Shown: positions 11,900 through 25,196, counted from the first letter of the stretch. The stretch: 64,000 nucleotides of DNA from Octopus sinensis (GCF_006345805.1 NC_042997.1:48174001-48238000), one strand, 5' to 3'. Notes: generated by a model from the sequence alone, not told the origin. Translations and numbers: made by a program.

Positions 11900-14469
11900 G
11901 ATAGATATATACATACATACATATATATGTGTGAGTGTGTGTGTAGACATTGGGCTTCGGGATTATCACTTGCTTCACAGTTGTGCAATATTCCAATAAT
12001 AACCTATATGTATATACATACATACATAAAGAAAAACACACACGCATACACCGCACGCACACACGCACACACACATACACACACAGTAATTATTGAAATA
12101 CTGCACAACAATGAAGCCTGTGATAATCCGGAAGCTTAATGAAGACAACCACAATTTTACTTTTAGTGTAACTTCAAAACGATACATATCTACACTCAAC
12201 ATGAAGTGATAATGAGTATATTATGTATTATTCGGATATATAGCACGTCTATATTTTCATATCACTCTTCGTTTTAGTTGTACTCGTTTAGTCATATTAA
12301 AGTGTCCTTACAGTAGCTATCTCTATATATCTCTTCATTTTGCCAGATAAATTGGGCACGTTTTTCATCGCTTTCCAGAAATGAAATATCTTCATAACAA
12401 ATGCCAGCTATTTATTCCTACTTCATATATATTCACTATTGTTATATGCGTGTGTTCGTGTGTGCGTATATAGTTATAACTGCATTGATATTTACTTGAT
12501 ATAATTGTATGGTAACGGATCTGTTTTCTGGTTGTATCGATATATACACATGCTGTTAGAGAATGAATCACCACATATATATATTAGTTTTGTTCTATAC
12601 CGCATAAATCTTTCTTCCTTTTTTGTAGATAGTAAGGTTGGCCCTTGGAGGTCTTTAGATTTCTCACTGCTCCATGGGCTCAGGCCATACTTACTGTCTA
12701 CAAATGTTCGTGTGTGCGTAGTGTGTGTGCATGTGTGTGTGTGACAGTTCTACAACAATATGACCGAATAAAACGGAACTAATATGCAGGGAAGGCCAGT
12801 GAAACGAATTGTACAAACTAACAGATCGGTAACAAACTCTTCAGCTTAAAAACACCTTAATCTGTAAAATGCATGCTAACCTTCGTAATACCAATTATTA
12901 ATATGTTATGTTTTTTTAGGCCATAGCCAGAAGAGGAAGAACAGCATCTATGACTCCTTTCAAGCCTCCGTCATTTATGAGAGGCCACAAGACCTGATCC
13001 GAATGCTTTCAATGTGTGATCCTTTCTAAACGAACGAAGGTACTAGATATTGGTGCTACACCAGGCGACGGATTTAGTTTGCAATCTAAGAAGGAAGCCA
13101 CCCCCTCCCCGATGATCTCTCAAATAGTTTTTGGCTCTCGAATTACATTTACATAACGTGGGTCGACTCAAGATGCTAATCCAAGATGCTACATAGTGCA
13201 ATCGAACCGAAGCCACCGCACTTTTAAAGCAAAACTTCTTAATCACACAGCTATTTTCGTGTCCAATAATTCTGGCGACTGAGTCTTCTCAGCAACAATT
13301 AAAGTGATATACATCAACTTAACGAATCCTGTTTAAGCAATGTCACCTCATTTAAATGTTATACATTGTAATTTCGCTTGACAGTTGTCTTTCATTAGTT
13401 GTCCAACGGACTGATGAACAGTGACATATTTACATTGATGATCCATTATGTGCTACAAGATATTTCCACTCTTACAAATTATGTCAACGGAGATATCAGT
13501 ACTGATAAAAATATAAAGATCCCAAGAGATGCACATGTCACGTTCAAATCTGCCAGAATGTATTAAAAATTAATAGATACGTTATTATATCCATATATTC
13601 CACCTATTCCATTACATTATTGAATTTGATCTGGGCATTTGCAAAACAATAATAGATTTTAAAGAAAACAATGTTAATTTGAGGATTCACTACCACAATC
13701 TGGGACAGTAAATAGGAACTCTATTTTCTTCTTGTTGCCGTTGGCCACGCGGAGCTAGCACGGAACCAACAAAACTTTTTTTCGTGTATATCATATTTGT
13801 AATCATTACAGCCTTTAGTAAGGCATAGTATATCTATAATTGTATTTTCCAGTGAGTTCTACAATTTATTTAAAGTAGTGATTCTCAACTTTACTTAGCT
13901 CAGCCGCTGCTTCCCTCGAACAACTCCTTACGAACAATCTTCTAACATCTTTCAAAAAACGTTTAAAAACACAGGAGATTATTTCAAGCAGAAACTAATT
14001 TTGTACACTGGTTTCTTGTTCATATTTGCTTATAATACCACAGCTAACGTGTAGGAGATATTAATTGGACTCCTACAAAGATGACGAAGACTATATAATG
14101 AAATTATACTTGAATTTATGTCATGAGTGCACGTAAAGAAAGCAATATTAGAACAAAAACGGCATTACTAATAGTGTTATTCTTTATGTTAAAGAATCAA
14201 GCATATATCAGTATTAGACCATTTTTTGAATAGAACAAAAAAGAATCAAGTATAAAGTAATTTAAGATAATTAACAAACCATTACACTTCAACAACAATA
14301 TTTAATAATTGAAAAATAACTAATGGCTACCTCGGTCTTAATGCGATTTTTCTGATTTAAAAATACCAGAGTCGATATTTGTTAAATAGAGTGTAGCATC
14401 AATGATGTTTCTGCTCATTGATAACATTTTGCCTATGTTCTATTCAAGATGAGGAATTTAAAAAGCATT

Positions 14470-14680
14470 TTGGTTTAAAATTTTGGCACAAGGAAAGAAA
14501 TTTTTCGGTAAGTTGATTATATCAATCTCGGTTTTAAACTGATACTTATTTTATCGACCCCGAAAAGATATACGGTAAAGTTGACCTCGGCGGAATTTTA
14601 ACTCAGAACGTAAAGACGGACGAAACATCGCTAAGAATTTTGCCCAGCAGGCTAACGATTCTGCCAGCTCGCCGCCTTAA
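14470..14680 (-). mobile_element. SINE family B
   Basis: GACCTCGGCGGAATTTTAACTCAGAACG...CTGCCAGCTCGCCGCCTT. Confidence 0.85.
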
Positions 14681-14689
14681 TTTTGCAAA

Positions 14690-15438
14690 TCTCTATATAT
14701 ATAAAAGGCAGTTTGTCTGTCTGTGTGTCTGTTAGGTTGTACCCTCACCCTGACCATGGCTTGCAAACGATTCTGATGAAACTTGACACACACATAGCCC
14801 TATGTCATAATTCAAAACTAACGCAGGGAAAATTTTGAAAAGTTCCCCCCGTTCTGAAAAAAATCGATAAATTCGACATAGGGTCAAGAATCTAAGCTTA
14901 TCATATGCTACACATTTTCTGTTGTAGTTTTCGCAACTTGCAATCAATTTTCACCAAACTCATGGTGAAGCTTAATGTTACCCGATGGAATTTAATTCTG
15001 ACGTTAGTTTTCCATGCAATACCTTACCATCAGAAAAAAATCGATAAAATCATGCCATTTTGGGAAATCGCGTTCTAATTCAAGATGACATATTTTCGAC
15101 AATATCTTTAACAAATTGGCAGGAATTTTTTTTTGAAATTCACAGCGTGCAACCTTAGCACCTCTGCCTGTCAAACTCCAAACCCATGCGTTCCCGTCGT
15201 GACACTGATCCCGCAGAACTGGGTTGGGTGTGCTAAACAAACCCAGAAAATGCACTTTGGCTGTCATAGATTTTCTTCATGCATGCAAGGGAACGGTGCC
15301 TTGAATGCCTTAATGCCTTTTAGGCTTCATTTTACAAAATAACGGTTCAATGAATACAAAAAAGGGTAAAAAGGTAAAGGGCATTGCTTATCGACAAAGT
15401 ATCTTACATACCCGGGCAACGCCAGGCTATGCTGCTAG
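14690..15438 (+). mobile_element. Non-autonomous Helitron-like element
   Basis: A|TC 5' end (TCTCTATATATATAAAAGGCAGTTTGTCTGTCTG), GC-rich subterminal hairpin CCCGGGCAACGCCAGG, 3' CTAG|T, no TSD. Confidence 0.72.
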
Positions 15439-15529
15439 TATACATATATATGTATAACGTTTAAATATTTCGTATCTAAGAAAATATAATTCTTCCACCA
15501 AACAGCAAACATCTCCCAAGATGTAAAAC

Positions 15530-15895
15530 TGACATTGTCACACTCTTGAAATTTCACAACGTCCCAATCCTTAATAGATTGAGCTGTTGACCAGCTTAAG
15601 AATCAAAAAGATTATAGAAATTTGATTACTATTTGCGATAGCAGTCGGAACAACCACAAGGAAGCTCATTTGTTGGCTAGTTTTACTTTTCTTCGTTTCT
15701 GTCGATGTGTGATCGCAAGTGAGAGGTGTCAACATTAATACATACAACTGTAAATTTCTCAAGCAGTTGACCATAGTTATCCGTTTTCTTTTTGATTTTC
15801 CAAGCGATATTCAAGGCAGCGGAGTAGTTGGCCTCTATGACGGTGAATACGTCTTTTTCTCTATCACAAACAATGATATCTTTGTGCAATAAAGC
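15530..15895 (-). mobile_element. RLE LINE 3' fragment, family X (decayed)
   Basis: HKDIIVCDREKDVFTVIEANYSAALNIAWKIKKKTDNYGQL/LRNLQLY aligns by eye with the 4554 fragment. Frameshifted. Confidence 0.7.
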
Positions 15896-16570
15896 TAAAA
15901 TTTACTTATAGAATGAAATTCACCTCATTCACTTCTTCTCCCTTTTCTAAATTGTTTCCGCAAACATAGACAAAATGTTGGACTTATGTCAACCTAAACG
16001 TCTGCCAAATACAGGCCAGTTAGCTGTATTGTCTTAAGCACATGTTTTACACACTTATTCTCATTTATGTTTTTCTACAATTGTTTGTTCCATATCTTTC
16101 CGTATATGCATTTGCATATGTGGTGGTAGTTTGTGTGTAAGCATGAGGATGACGTGTGCATTTACATACGTATGAGTTTGTGGTGTCTGTGTATGTGTGT
16201 GTATGTATGCATTATGCATGTATGTGTGTGAGAGTGTGTGTTCTTGTGTGCCTGTGTGTAAATGTGTCAGCTAAGCGTGTAATGGTAGCTTGCCTATCAA
16301 CGGCAGAGTTATTCTGTCAATATATTTGTATACGAATAACAGTTCGATGCGTGTTTGTAAATCAAGACATGAGTCGACACGAGACTTCTAATATTTACCC
16401 AAGGTGCCATTCTGTGCGATTGAACCTTGTATTCTTGGCTACGAAACAAACGCCGGAGCCATTTTTCCATGTTGTGCATACATATGTATGTGTATGTGTG
16501 TGAGGGAGAGAGAGGTAGAGAGAGAGAGAGAGACAGACAGACAGAGAAAGAAACAAGCAGAAAAGGTAAG

Positions 16571-16624
<54 letters not shown>

Positions 16625-16674
16625 TGTTGCCCTTTGCACTCCTGAGAAGGAGCGTAACCCTGCTTCTGATTTCT

Positions 16675-16822
16675 TTTTTGCCCACAAGGGGCTAAACATA
16701 GAGGAGACAAACAAGGACAAAGGGATAAGTCGATTACATCGACCCCAGTGCGTAACTGGTACTTAATTTATGGACCCCTGAAAGGATGAAAGGCAATGTC
16801 GACCTCGGCGGAATTTGAACTT
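16675..16822 (-). mobile_element. SINE family B, partial
   Basis: CCCACAAGGGGCTAAAC...GTCGACCTCGGCGGAATTTGAAC. Confidence 0.82.
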
Positions 16823-18333
16823 CTGCTTCTTGCCGCTCAACTTGTCTGTTGTTTGTTAACCGAGAATGATACTAAAAGGGATTCTTCTACATAATCTAAT
16901 GAGAGAGAGAGAGAGTGAGAGAGAGAGCGAGAAAATGAGAGAGAGAGAGAGAGAGAGAGAATGAGAGAGAGGAAAAATAGAGAGAGAGAACGGACTGTTG
17001 TGCGATGCGCTTATATATTTGTCAGTGCGTTGCGAGTCGGTCGATGTGTCAACATAACGTGTGTTCTTTTGTCAGTGTCGTGTGTATCTGACAACGAAGT
17101 CGCTGTTGCTGGTGATCCTTCTTCTGCTGCTGTTGTTCTTATTGTTGTTTCTTTAACCACCCCACCACCGAAGTCTGTGTTGAATGCGGAAACCTTTGAT
17201 GAGAGGTGGTTCAGCCAATCATATATCCCATCTATTTTTCTACTGTATACGCATACATACCTATATAATTATTTACTGCAATAAACACACGTACACACAC
17301 ACACACACGCACACACACACACATACACACACAAACGTGCAAACACACACACACACGCACACAAGTAATAGACGTAATAGATTTATATACGCACATTAAT
17401 AAGAGGGTACAATTACACAACCTTCACAGAAGCAAAAAGCTATCGTTCACATACACACACACACCCGTACAAAAAAAGTTACCTTATATACATGAGAATG
17501 TAATGTTAGGTTAGTTTGGCTGCTATTTCTAGCTGGTTGAACTGTAGCTACTATGTAAAAATCCCTTCATCTCTTCTCTATGGTGTTTTAAAGGGGTGAC
17601 TTTAATGTGAGATTGTGTGTGTCACTTCTTGTGTGCATCTGTATGTAAATAGTTATATTTGCGGTTAGTGCAGCAGCTGTTGTTGCTGTTGCTGTTGTTG
17701 TGGTGGTTGATGATGTTGATGATGATGATGATGATGACGATGGTGGTGGAGGTAGTGGTGGTGTGGCATTGATGATGATGATGAAGTTTAAGGAAACCAG
17801 GACTGCATTATCGAGCGTGACATTTTATGTGACATTAATATCTGATTTGAAATTTCGCTGCTATTTCAAGCATTACAAACGAACGCCCAGGGACTCCTTC
17901 GTTCCTACATGTACATGTAACAATGATCCGTGAATGTGTGTGATGTACGGTGGTTGGTCCATGTAGTTGCATGAGCCTTCATATGCGCGGGATGTATGTG
18001 TGGGCATACGTCTAAAGGTGAACCTCTACGTGTGTAAATGTTAGGGTTTGGGCAGCTATTGCACGAAACCGAGTACACGTACACACACACACACGCACAC
18101 ACACACACACACACAAACACACAAACACAAACACACATTCACAAACACACACACATACACAAACACACACACATACACACACTCACGAACACAAACACGT
18201 GTGTGTGCTGTGTGTCCGTATATATATATACGCATAGATAGGTAGATAGATAGATAGATATATACATACATACATACATATACATACATACATACATACA
18301 TACATACATACATACATAGTCAGACAGACATAC

Positions 18334-18404
<71 letters not shown>

Positions 18405-19382
18405 CAGAGAGAATGAGGGAGAGAAAGAGGGAGGGAAACGAGCAAGTTTGTCCAAAACGTCTTCATAATTAGTGTCTGTAGATAAGCCTATCGCATCTAC
18501 TATATGTTTTTGTCGGTGACCATGACTAAATATATACACATACATACATGGATCTGACAGTTACATATATACACACACACGCACACAGAAACATACAAAT
18601 TTATGTACATATATGTGTATAAACACACACACACACACGTGTGCGATGTATGGAAGTATATAATAAGCTATGCTAGGTCAGCTGAATTTATAGATATAGT
18701 AAGAAAATTCCATTATTTTCTCTTTCCTTTCCAACGAAATATATCTCCATCTCTTCTTTAGGACATTAGAGTATGGATTGCGGGATATTCGGTTGAGTTT
18801 TCTAACAAGTCCAGTTCACACGTTGACACGCACGACCGTTTATGTATTGGCGTCACCATCCCATGCGGCTAAGACAATGTGTTCGACACTTCTTAGCATA
18901 AAGTATTCTATTTGTACGTGTGATATCTATACAGGTATACAGTGTAATATCTATAATGTAATGTATATCTATGCAGTTATCAATATAAAGCTGAGTATGC
19001 ATCATCCCCTGTTCTTCTCTTTCCTTCACATTCTCTCTCTTACTCTTTCACTGTCTCTCTCTCTGTCTCTCTGTCTCTCTCTCTCTCTCCATCTATCTAT
19101 CTGGCCATCTAGCTATCTCCTTAATTCCTTCAACGCCCACTCACAAAACCATGAAATACAGCCACACAAAAAGATGCACAGGAACACACACTCACACACA
19201 CAGACACACTCACACACACAGAGACACACACACTCACACACACAGAGACACACACACTCACACACACATAAAAATATATCAAAAAGATTCGGTCTTTCCT
19301 TTTCTAGCCTGGAAATATGTTGCCCGATATTTTGAAACATTTTATGTAAGTAATGTATGTGTATGAGTGTGTGTGTGTGTGT

Positions 19383-19419
<37 letters not shown>

Positions 19420-19721
19420 GTGAGTGGGTGTGTGTGTGTGTGTGTGTTTGCATGCGTGTGTATGTGTGTGCGTGCGTTGTAGTGTGTGGTGTGGTGTGTG
19501 TGTGTGTTGTGTGTGTGTTGTGTGTGTGTGTGTGTACGGCAAGATTTATGCTGTGTTATGCATATACATGTACAGAAATGACCAAATTAGAGTTTGCGAT
19601 CTTACTGCGACTCAGGATATGGGACGATTTTAGCGCGAGTTCGTGAAACGTGGGAGAAACTTAGCGACGCAAACTATTACGGAACTAAACAGATTTCTAC
19701 TGTGCTTTAAATGATTGTAAC

Positions 19722-19761
<40 letters not shown>

Positions 19762-19831
19762 CATATATATATATATACATATATATATATGTATATATTA
19801 TATGTGATATATAATATGTATATTATTATAC

Positions 19832-19888
<57 letters not shown>

Positions 19889-19897
19889 TATATATAT

Positions 19898-19944
<47 letters not shown>

Positions 19945-20050
19945 TAAAGCTGATAAACCAACTAATGAGTTTCTCCATTTTCTTATTTGTAAGATATATA
20001 GATATATATATATAATATATATTATAATATAATATATATATATTATATAG

Positions 20051-20082
<32 letters not shown>

Positions 20083-20510
20083 GAGAGAGGAGAGAGAGAG
20101 ACGAGAAACTAGGGATAATTGGGTCACTGGAGGTCGCTTATTCCTTCCCCCTAGTAAAAACTAACATCTACATTTCTCTGACCTGAATAAATGTACATTA
20201 TTTTGGTAAATCCATTCTGTCAACTGAAATAGTAGCAGAATCAGTGGAAATGTTTTGCTCCGTGGATTTTGAAATATGTTACATCATTTGGAATGTTCTT
20301 AGTTGTAAAGTTCATGAATTCATCTGAGGAAAACGGTTTCTTTATAATGATATAATAAAGGTGTACTAGTTTGACACTAGGGAAGCTGAGAAAGTCTTTT
20401 ACGCTTTGAGCACACGCTCATTAACTGAAAGGAACACGAGAAAATAAACAGAGAGAGAATAACAAATCTTGTTCCTCAATCTAAACTAAAGTTTTCGAAG
20501 TATAGTGCGA

Positions 20511-20585
20511 TTGACGCCTGATGAAAGTACGCATGTACGGGAATCTATTAGTAGCGCGATAAATATATGTACTTGAAACGTTTAG

Positions 20586-20588
<3 letters not shown>
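20511..20588 (+). ncRNA. Penelope-type minimal type I hammerhead motif (intact core, damaged stem I)
   Basis: CUGAUGA (20518-20524), AAGUAC pairing with GUACUU, GAAA (20575-20578), then CG-UU forming the palindromic AACGUU. Confidence 0.55.
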
Positions 20589-20629
<41 letters not shown>

Positions 20630-21872
20630 CAGAAGTTGGACAAAATAATGGAAACACCTTAAAATTTCAAACAAATTTATTTTAATAAGGAGTAGGACCG
20701 CCTTTGGCAATAATTACAGCTTGAATTCTACAGGTATGGACTCGTACAAAGTTTGAATTGTTTCCAAAGGAAATTTTTGTCTATTCTTCAACTAAAACAG
20801 TCTCTAGTTCTTGTAGTGATGATGGTGGAGGATATCGACTCCTTACTTGTTTTTCTAAAATGCACCATGAATGTTAAATAATATTGAGATCTGGGGACTG
20901 TGGTGGCCAGATAAGATGATCAACTTCACTAGAATGTTCCTCGTGCCGTTCAATAACAACTTTAGCTGTGCGGATCTGTGCATTAACATCCTGAAAGATT
21001 GCGTTTCCCTCCAGAAACAGTTCTGCAAACATAAGATGAATTTGATCAGATAAAATGCTTAAATAGTCTTGACTATTAATTCTGCTTTGAAGGGAAACCA
21101 TTGGGCTGGCAGATCCTCCTCCCTGTTTAGCAGCTGGAAGAAAGTAGTCTGGGTCAAATGCTTCTTTTGGCTGTCTCCACACATATACTAGGCCGATAGT
21201 CGGAAATAAAGTAACGGATGATTCGTTCGAGAAAATAACATTCTCCCACTGCTCTAGGGACCAATTCTGTAGGTTTTTACTCCACTCTAAACGCTTTGCT
21301 ACGTTTGTTTTTGAAAGTAGTGGATTTCTGATTGCAACCCTCCCGTGAAATCCGGCTTTCTGCAGCTCCCTGCGAAGAATTTTTCTGGAAACTGGTTTCT
21401 CGAGGTGGTCATTAAGCTCTGCAGTAATTTTGGGAGCTGTACTTATGTGATCCTTTCTAACAATTCGCGTAAGATTCCGACGGTCCCTATCTAAAAGTTT
21501 TGGTTTTCTTCCGGAGTTTTGCTTCGACGAGGAGGTTTTTCCCTCTTTCTCAAAGGCTGTCATTGCTTTTGAGACAGTACTTCTTGATACACCAAACATT
21601 TCGGTTGTTTTCGTTACGCTAGCACCTGGCATACGAGCACCATCAATTTGACCTCTTTGAAAGTCCGATAGATTTGTCATTTTAATGAAAGCTAATAACC
21701 TTTTTCTGATGACATCTGAAAAGAAACAGCAATTTTAGCAAATCATATTAAGCAACACTAATAATAAATTTAAAAAATCATAAAAATAAACAAGCTTTTG
21801 ACGGTTTTTATAGATATTTCAAAATTATGATACTATGATGCTAGGTGTTTCCATTATATTGCCCAACCCCTG
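20630..21872 (-). mobile_element. Full-length Tc1/mariner DNA transposon, DD36E spacing (Incomer-like), inserted in a (TA)n tract
   Basis: About 30-bp imperfect TIRs: left CAGAAGTTGGACAAAATAATGGAAACACCT, right end reverse-complemented CAGGGGTTGGGCAATATAATGGAAACACCT. About 1.24 kb, TA-repeat flanks, internal transposase on the minus strand. Confidence 0.93.
20720..21680 (-). pseudogene. Tc1-type transposase pseudogene
   Basis: 268-aa ORF (21680-20874) with paired-like HTH (LSDFQRGQIDGAR), GRKPKL, WENVIFSNESS, FQDVNAQ and WPPQSPDLNII*. The catalytic E codon is TAA. The frame continues HSWCILEKQVRSRYPPPSSLQELETVLVEE* and then frameshifts. Confidence 0.92.
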
Positions 21873-22372
21873 TGTGTATATATATATATATATATACATA
21901 CACATATATATGAGTGTGTGTATGTATGTAGGTTAGTCTACATACACACACCCTCTCACAGACACACGCACATATATGTATAAGTAGGTAGGTAAGTTGC
22001 GTATCCTCCTATACATATTATCTATTTAGTTGACTATTAAGTAGGAATCCTTTTCTGTGCTCATGTATGGGCAAACTCTTTGGCTTATTTATTTCCTTGT
22101 TTTTCCGTTTCTTTTCTTATTACCAGTTGAATGAATGAGTGCATCGAAATGTCAGTGAAAGCAGCGAACCTTCTTTTAAAAATAAGGCTATGTTTGTACG
22201 TGAGTGAATGTGTATAAGTGTATACGCTTTGATGTGCGTAGTTACTGTATGCATTCATTTACGTCTGTTCATATATAAATATGTCCGCACATGTATTTGT
22301 ATGTGTGTGTGTGTGTAAGTGTATGTATATGTATTTATATGTGTATATGTTTTAGTGTGCGTATATGTATAT

Positions 22373-22405
<33 letters not shown>

Positions 22406-22507
22406 CACATAAATATATAGAAGAGTGCGTGTGTGTACGTATGTGTGTTTGTGCGTGTACCAGTGTATATATAATTATATTTGTAGTATATGTAATACAC
22501 ATATACT

Positions 22508-22550
<43 letters not shown>

Positions 22551-22552
<2 letters not shown>

Positions 22553-23400
22553 CTGCGATAGGTAAATTGTCGCAATTTTATATTTTTAATTTCGCGCATA
22601 CGCATTGCTTGATTTTGATTTTGTCGACTATACAGTACAGTAGGGACAGTTGGATACCGTGAATAAAACAACACCATGATGCAATTCACTCTGCTAGAAT
22701 ATGGAAACGTCATGCAGTACTTCTCGGCATTCGCGCCGGAAGCTCCATTACGAAGCTCCAGACTGGGTGTAAATCTGATGAAATTGCAATCTGAGGACAT
22801 GTACTGAGAGTGTTAAAAATCAAACATCCAGTCAACATCATGTTGTTTGGAGTGATCTCTAGTGATGGCGACGTTATGCTTCCATTCATCTCCCCCATGC
22901 GGCATCTGTCTCAACACGGAGGCCTACATCAAATGCCTGGAGGTGGTAGTGCTGCACTGGGTGAAGAGGGTGCCAGCTGGAAGATCCTATGTCTGGCAAC
23001 AGAACTCTGTGCCCCGCCACATAAGCAAGGAGAACCCAGTCATATCTGTTAGACAATTACTGCGACCACAGCACCCCTACTATCTGGCCACCTAACTTCT
23101 CACACTGCAATCCTCTTGGATATAATGTGTGGAGCGCCGATGAGCGAGAGACTCCCAAAACTCCTTGTAACACCAAAGATGAACGGAAGGCAAGGATTAT
23201 GGCAGCTTTTGCAAACTTAAACAAGGAGACCGTCCAGAAGAGTAGCAGGAGATCCCGAAATCGTTTGGAGGCCGTGGCTGAAACCAATGGGAATTTTATT
23301 AAATAAATTTGCTCTTTAGTATTTCAAGATATTTTTCTGTAATTCTGTGTCAGTGTTATTTTCATTTTTGCGTAATTTAGACAATTTATTCATCGCACCA
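22551..23400 (+). mobile_element. Internally deleted mariner/maT (DD37D-like) transposon remnant
   Basis: Imperfect TIRs GGCTGCGATAGGTAAATTGTC and GACAATTTATTCATCGCACC, with TA flanks. Frameshifted transposase pieces: KHPVNIMLFGVISSDG, NTEAYIKCLEVVVLHWVK...YVWQQNSVPRH, WPPNFSHCNPLGYNVW. Confidence 0.8.
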
Positions 23401-23407
23401 AATATAT

Positions 23408-23442
<35 letters not shown>

Positions 23443-23578
23443 TACGGGCTTCTTTCAGTTTCCGTCAACCAAATCCACTCACAAGGCTTTGGTCAGCCCG
23501 TAGCTATAGTAGAAGATACTTGCCCAAGGTGCCACACAGTGTGACTGAACCTGGAACCTTGTGGTTGGTAAGCAAGTT
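23443..23578 (-). mobile_element. SINE family A, 5' half only
   Basis: ACGGGCTTCTTTCAGTTTCCGTC...GACTGAACCTGGAACC...GGTAAGCAAG; truncated at the internal microsatellite. Confidence 0.8.
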
Positions 23579-23584
23579 ATTATA

Positions 23585-23637
<53 letters not shown>

Positions 23638-23979
23638 TTATATATATATATATTTTATATATATATATTCACACATTATACATATATACTCACACACTTA
23701 CACACAGGCATGCACACAGTTAATATTTCAAACTGTCATGTAAACTGATATCAAGTTATTTGAATCATGCGCCCCCGTTGAGTCCCGACACAGCAGACAC
23801 TGATAATCACTCAAATGTGAGGAGGTGGGAAGCGATCTTGCGATCCAGTGATTAAACATTACATGATTACGCCCGGTTGAAATTCAGTACACACGAAGAT
23901 GCAGTGGTGATTTATAGTATCCATGGTAAGTCGAATGTCTAGGAATATTTAATGATTCGTATCCTTCGATCTCATGTGT

Positions 23980-24590
23980 TTAAGTGAATTTATAGGTACA
24001 AGAACAACGTGTACGTTCACTCTGTTTTTTTTTTTGTTTTTTTTTTGCAACATTATCTGTCTTGCACAATTATCCGTACCGTTTGAGAATTAATGATGGT
24101 GTTGATGCTGTAGTTATATTTGTGAATATATATCGTTTTTGCGCTCGTATCGATCAGGATTGTGACCTTCAGTTGGTATTCTAAAGGAATCTTGCTGTTT
24201 GAGGCTAATTGAACATGTAGTTTCTGTGAATGTGTGTAACGAAATTACTGCGTGAATAATCTGTGCTTCTATTATATCGAAGCTCTCTTTTTAGTTTTGC
24301 ACAGGTGGTCTAATTTGCGATGATGTGAAGTGTGTGGTTTTTAGTTCTTCCAGGTTTGATCTTATTTATTGTAGAAAAATTGAGCCCCCAAGCATAACTG
24401 ACATGGCGTTTGAATGATAAAATGCATTGTTTGCACAATAAAGCTGAAGTTCCTTTGTATTGGTCAAATGTATTGTGTGTTGCTTACTGTTCCCTTAATA
24501 TGTTTGGGCTTTCTAACTTTACTTTACCATATTTTCAATGTGTGGCGTGAATTTTGTAGCACTGAATTTATGTCGTTGTGTGTCAGGTTG
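23980..24590 (-). mobile_element. Heavily decayed Penelope-like fragment
   Basis: Broken motifs SRHTLKIW*S (cf. FNRHT.K.SYS) and KQSER...C..KF (cf. LNKRSE..C.H..KF). Many stops and frameshifts. Confidence 0.35.
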
Positions 24591-24599
24591 TTTGGTCTT

Positions 24600-25050
24600 G
24601 CCTGCCCGATTGAAGGAGCGACCATCACTACAGACTCCACCGACAGATGGATCCGTCCCTCACGTAACAGCAGCTGTTCAACATAACCCAACAAGTCAGC
24701 AATGTCTGGACACTGAACGAGGGTGTGCTGAGCGGTTTCGTTACTCTGCGCGCACCTCGAGCAAGCCCGTTTGACAGCACATCCGGGTCTGTAGTGTATA
24801 TCTCTAGCCGGTAGCGTCCCACGGTAACACTACCAGGCTAAGGATATCTGGAAATTATCCATGATAGTTCCCGACCGGAAACTCCTCCGAAAAAGTCTAG
24901 CCAGTTCATTCTCGTCGGCGGCCAGAGTCTCTACAAGAACGCCGACGCACTTCCCCGCCACTAATCCTCTATAATTTTTTGAAGTGGAACATCAACCGAT
25001 CCCATTGCCCGACTGGTGGAGGGCTGTGTGCTCCTGACGACAATGTATAT
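24600..25050 (-). mobile_element. L1/Tx1-clade LINE C-terminal fragment
   Basis: Minus frame reads SLAW*CYRGTLPARD...KRACSRCAQSNETAQHTLVQCPDIADL, the CxxC-ET-xxH-xxxC zinc knuckle of ORF2. Confidence 0.72.
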
Positions 25051-25196
25051 GCAAGGCGCCCAGTCTCAGTCTTTATTTAATTATGATAATGATGATGATG
25101 ATGATGATAATAATAATGATAATAATAATAATGATTTGATTTGATTGATTGATTCTAGTTTCAGCTCATGAGCTGTGGCCATGCTGGGGCACTGCC

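Noticed and set aside
13900-14400. Possible Penelope ORF remnant; similar AT-rich stretch at 26500-26930
   Set aside because: Too decayed to assign without a search.
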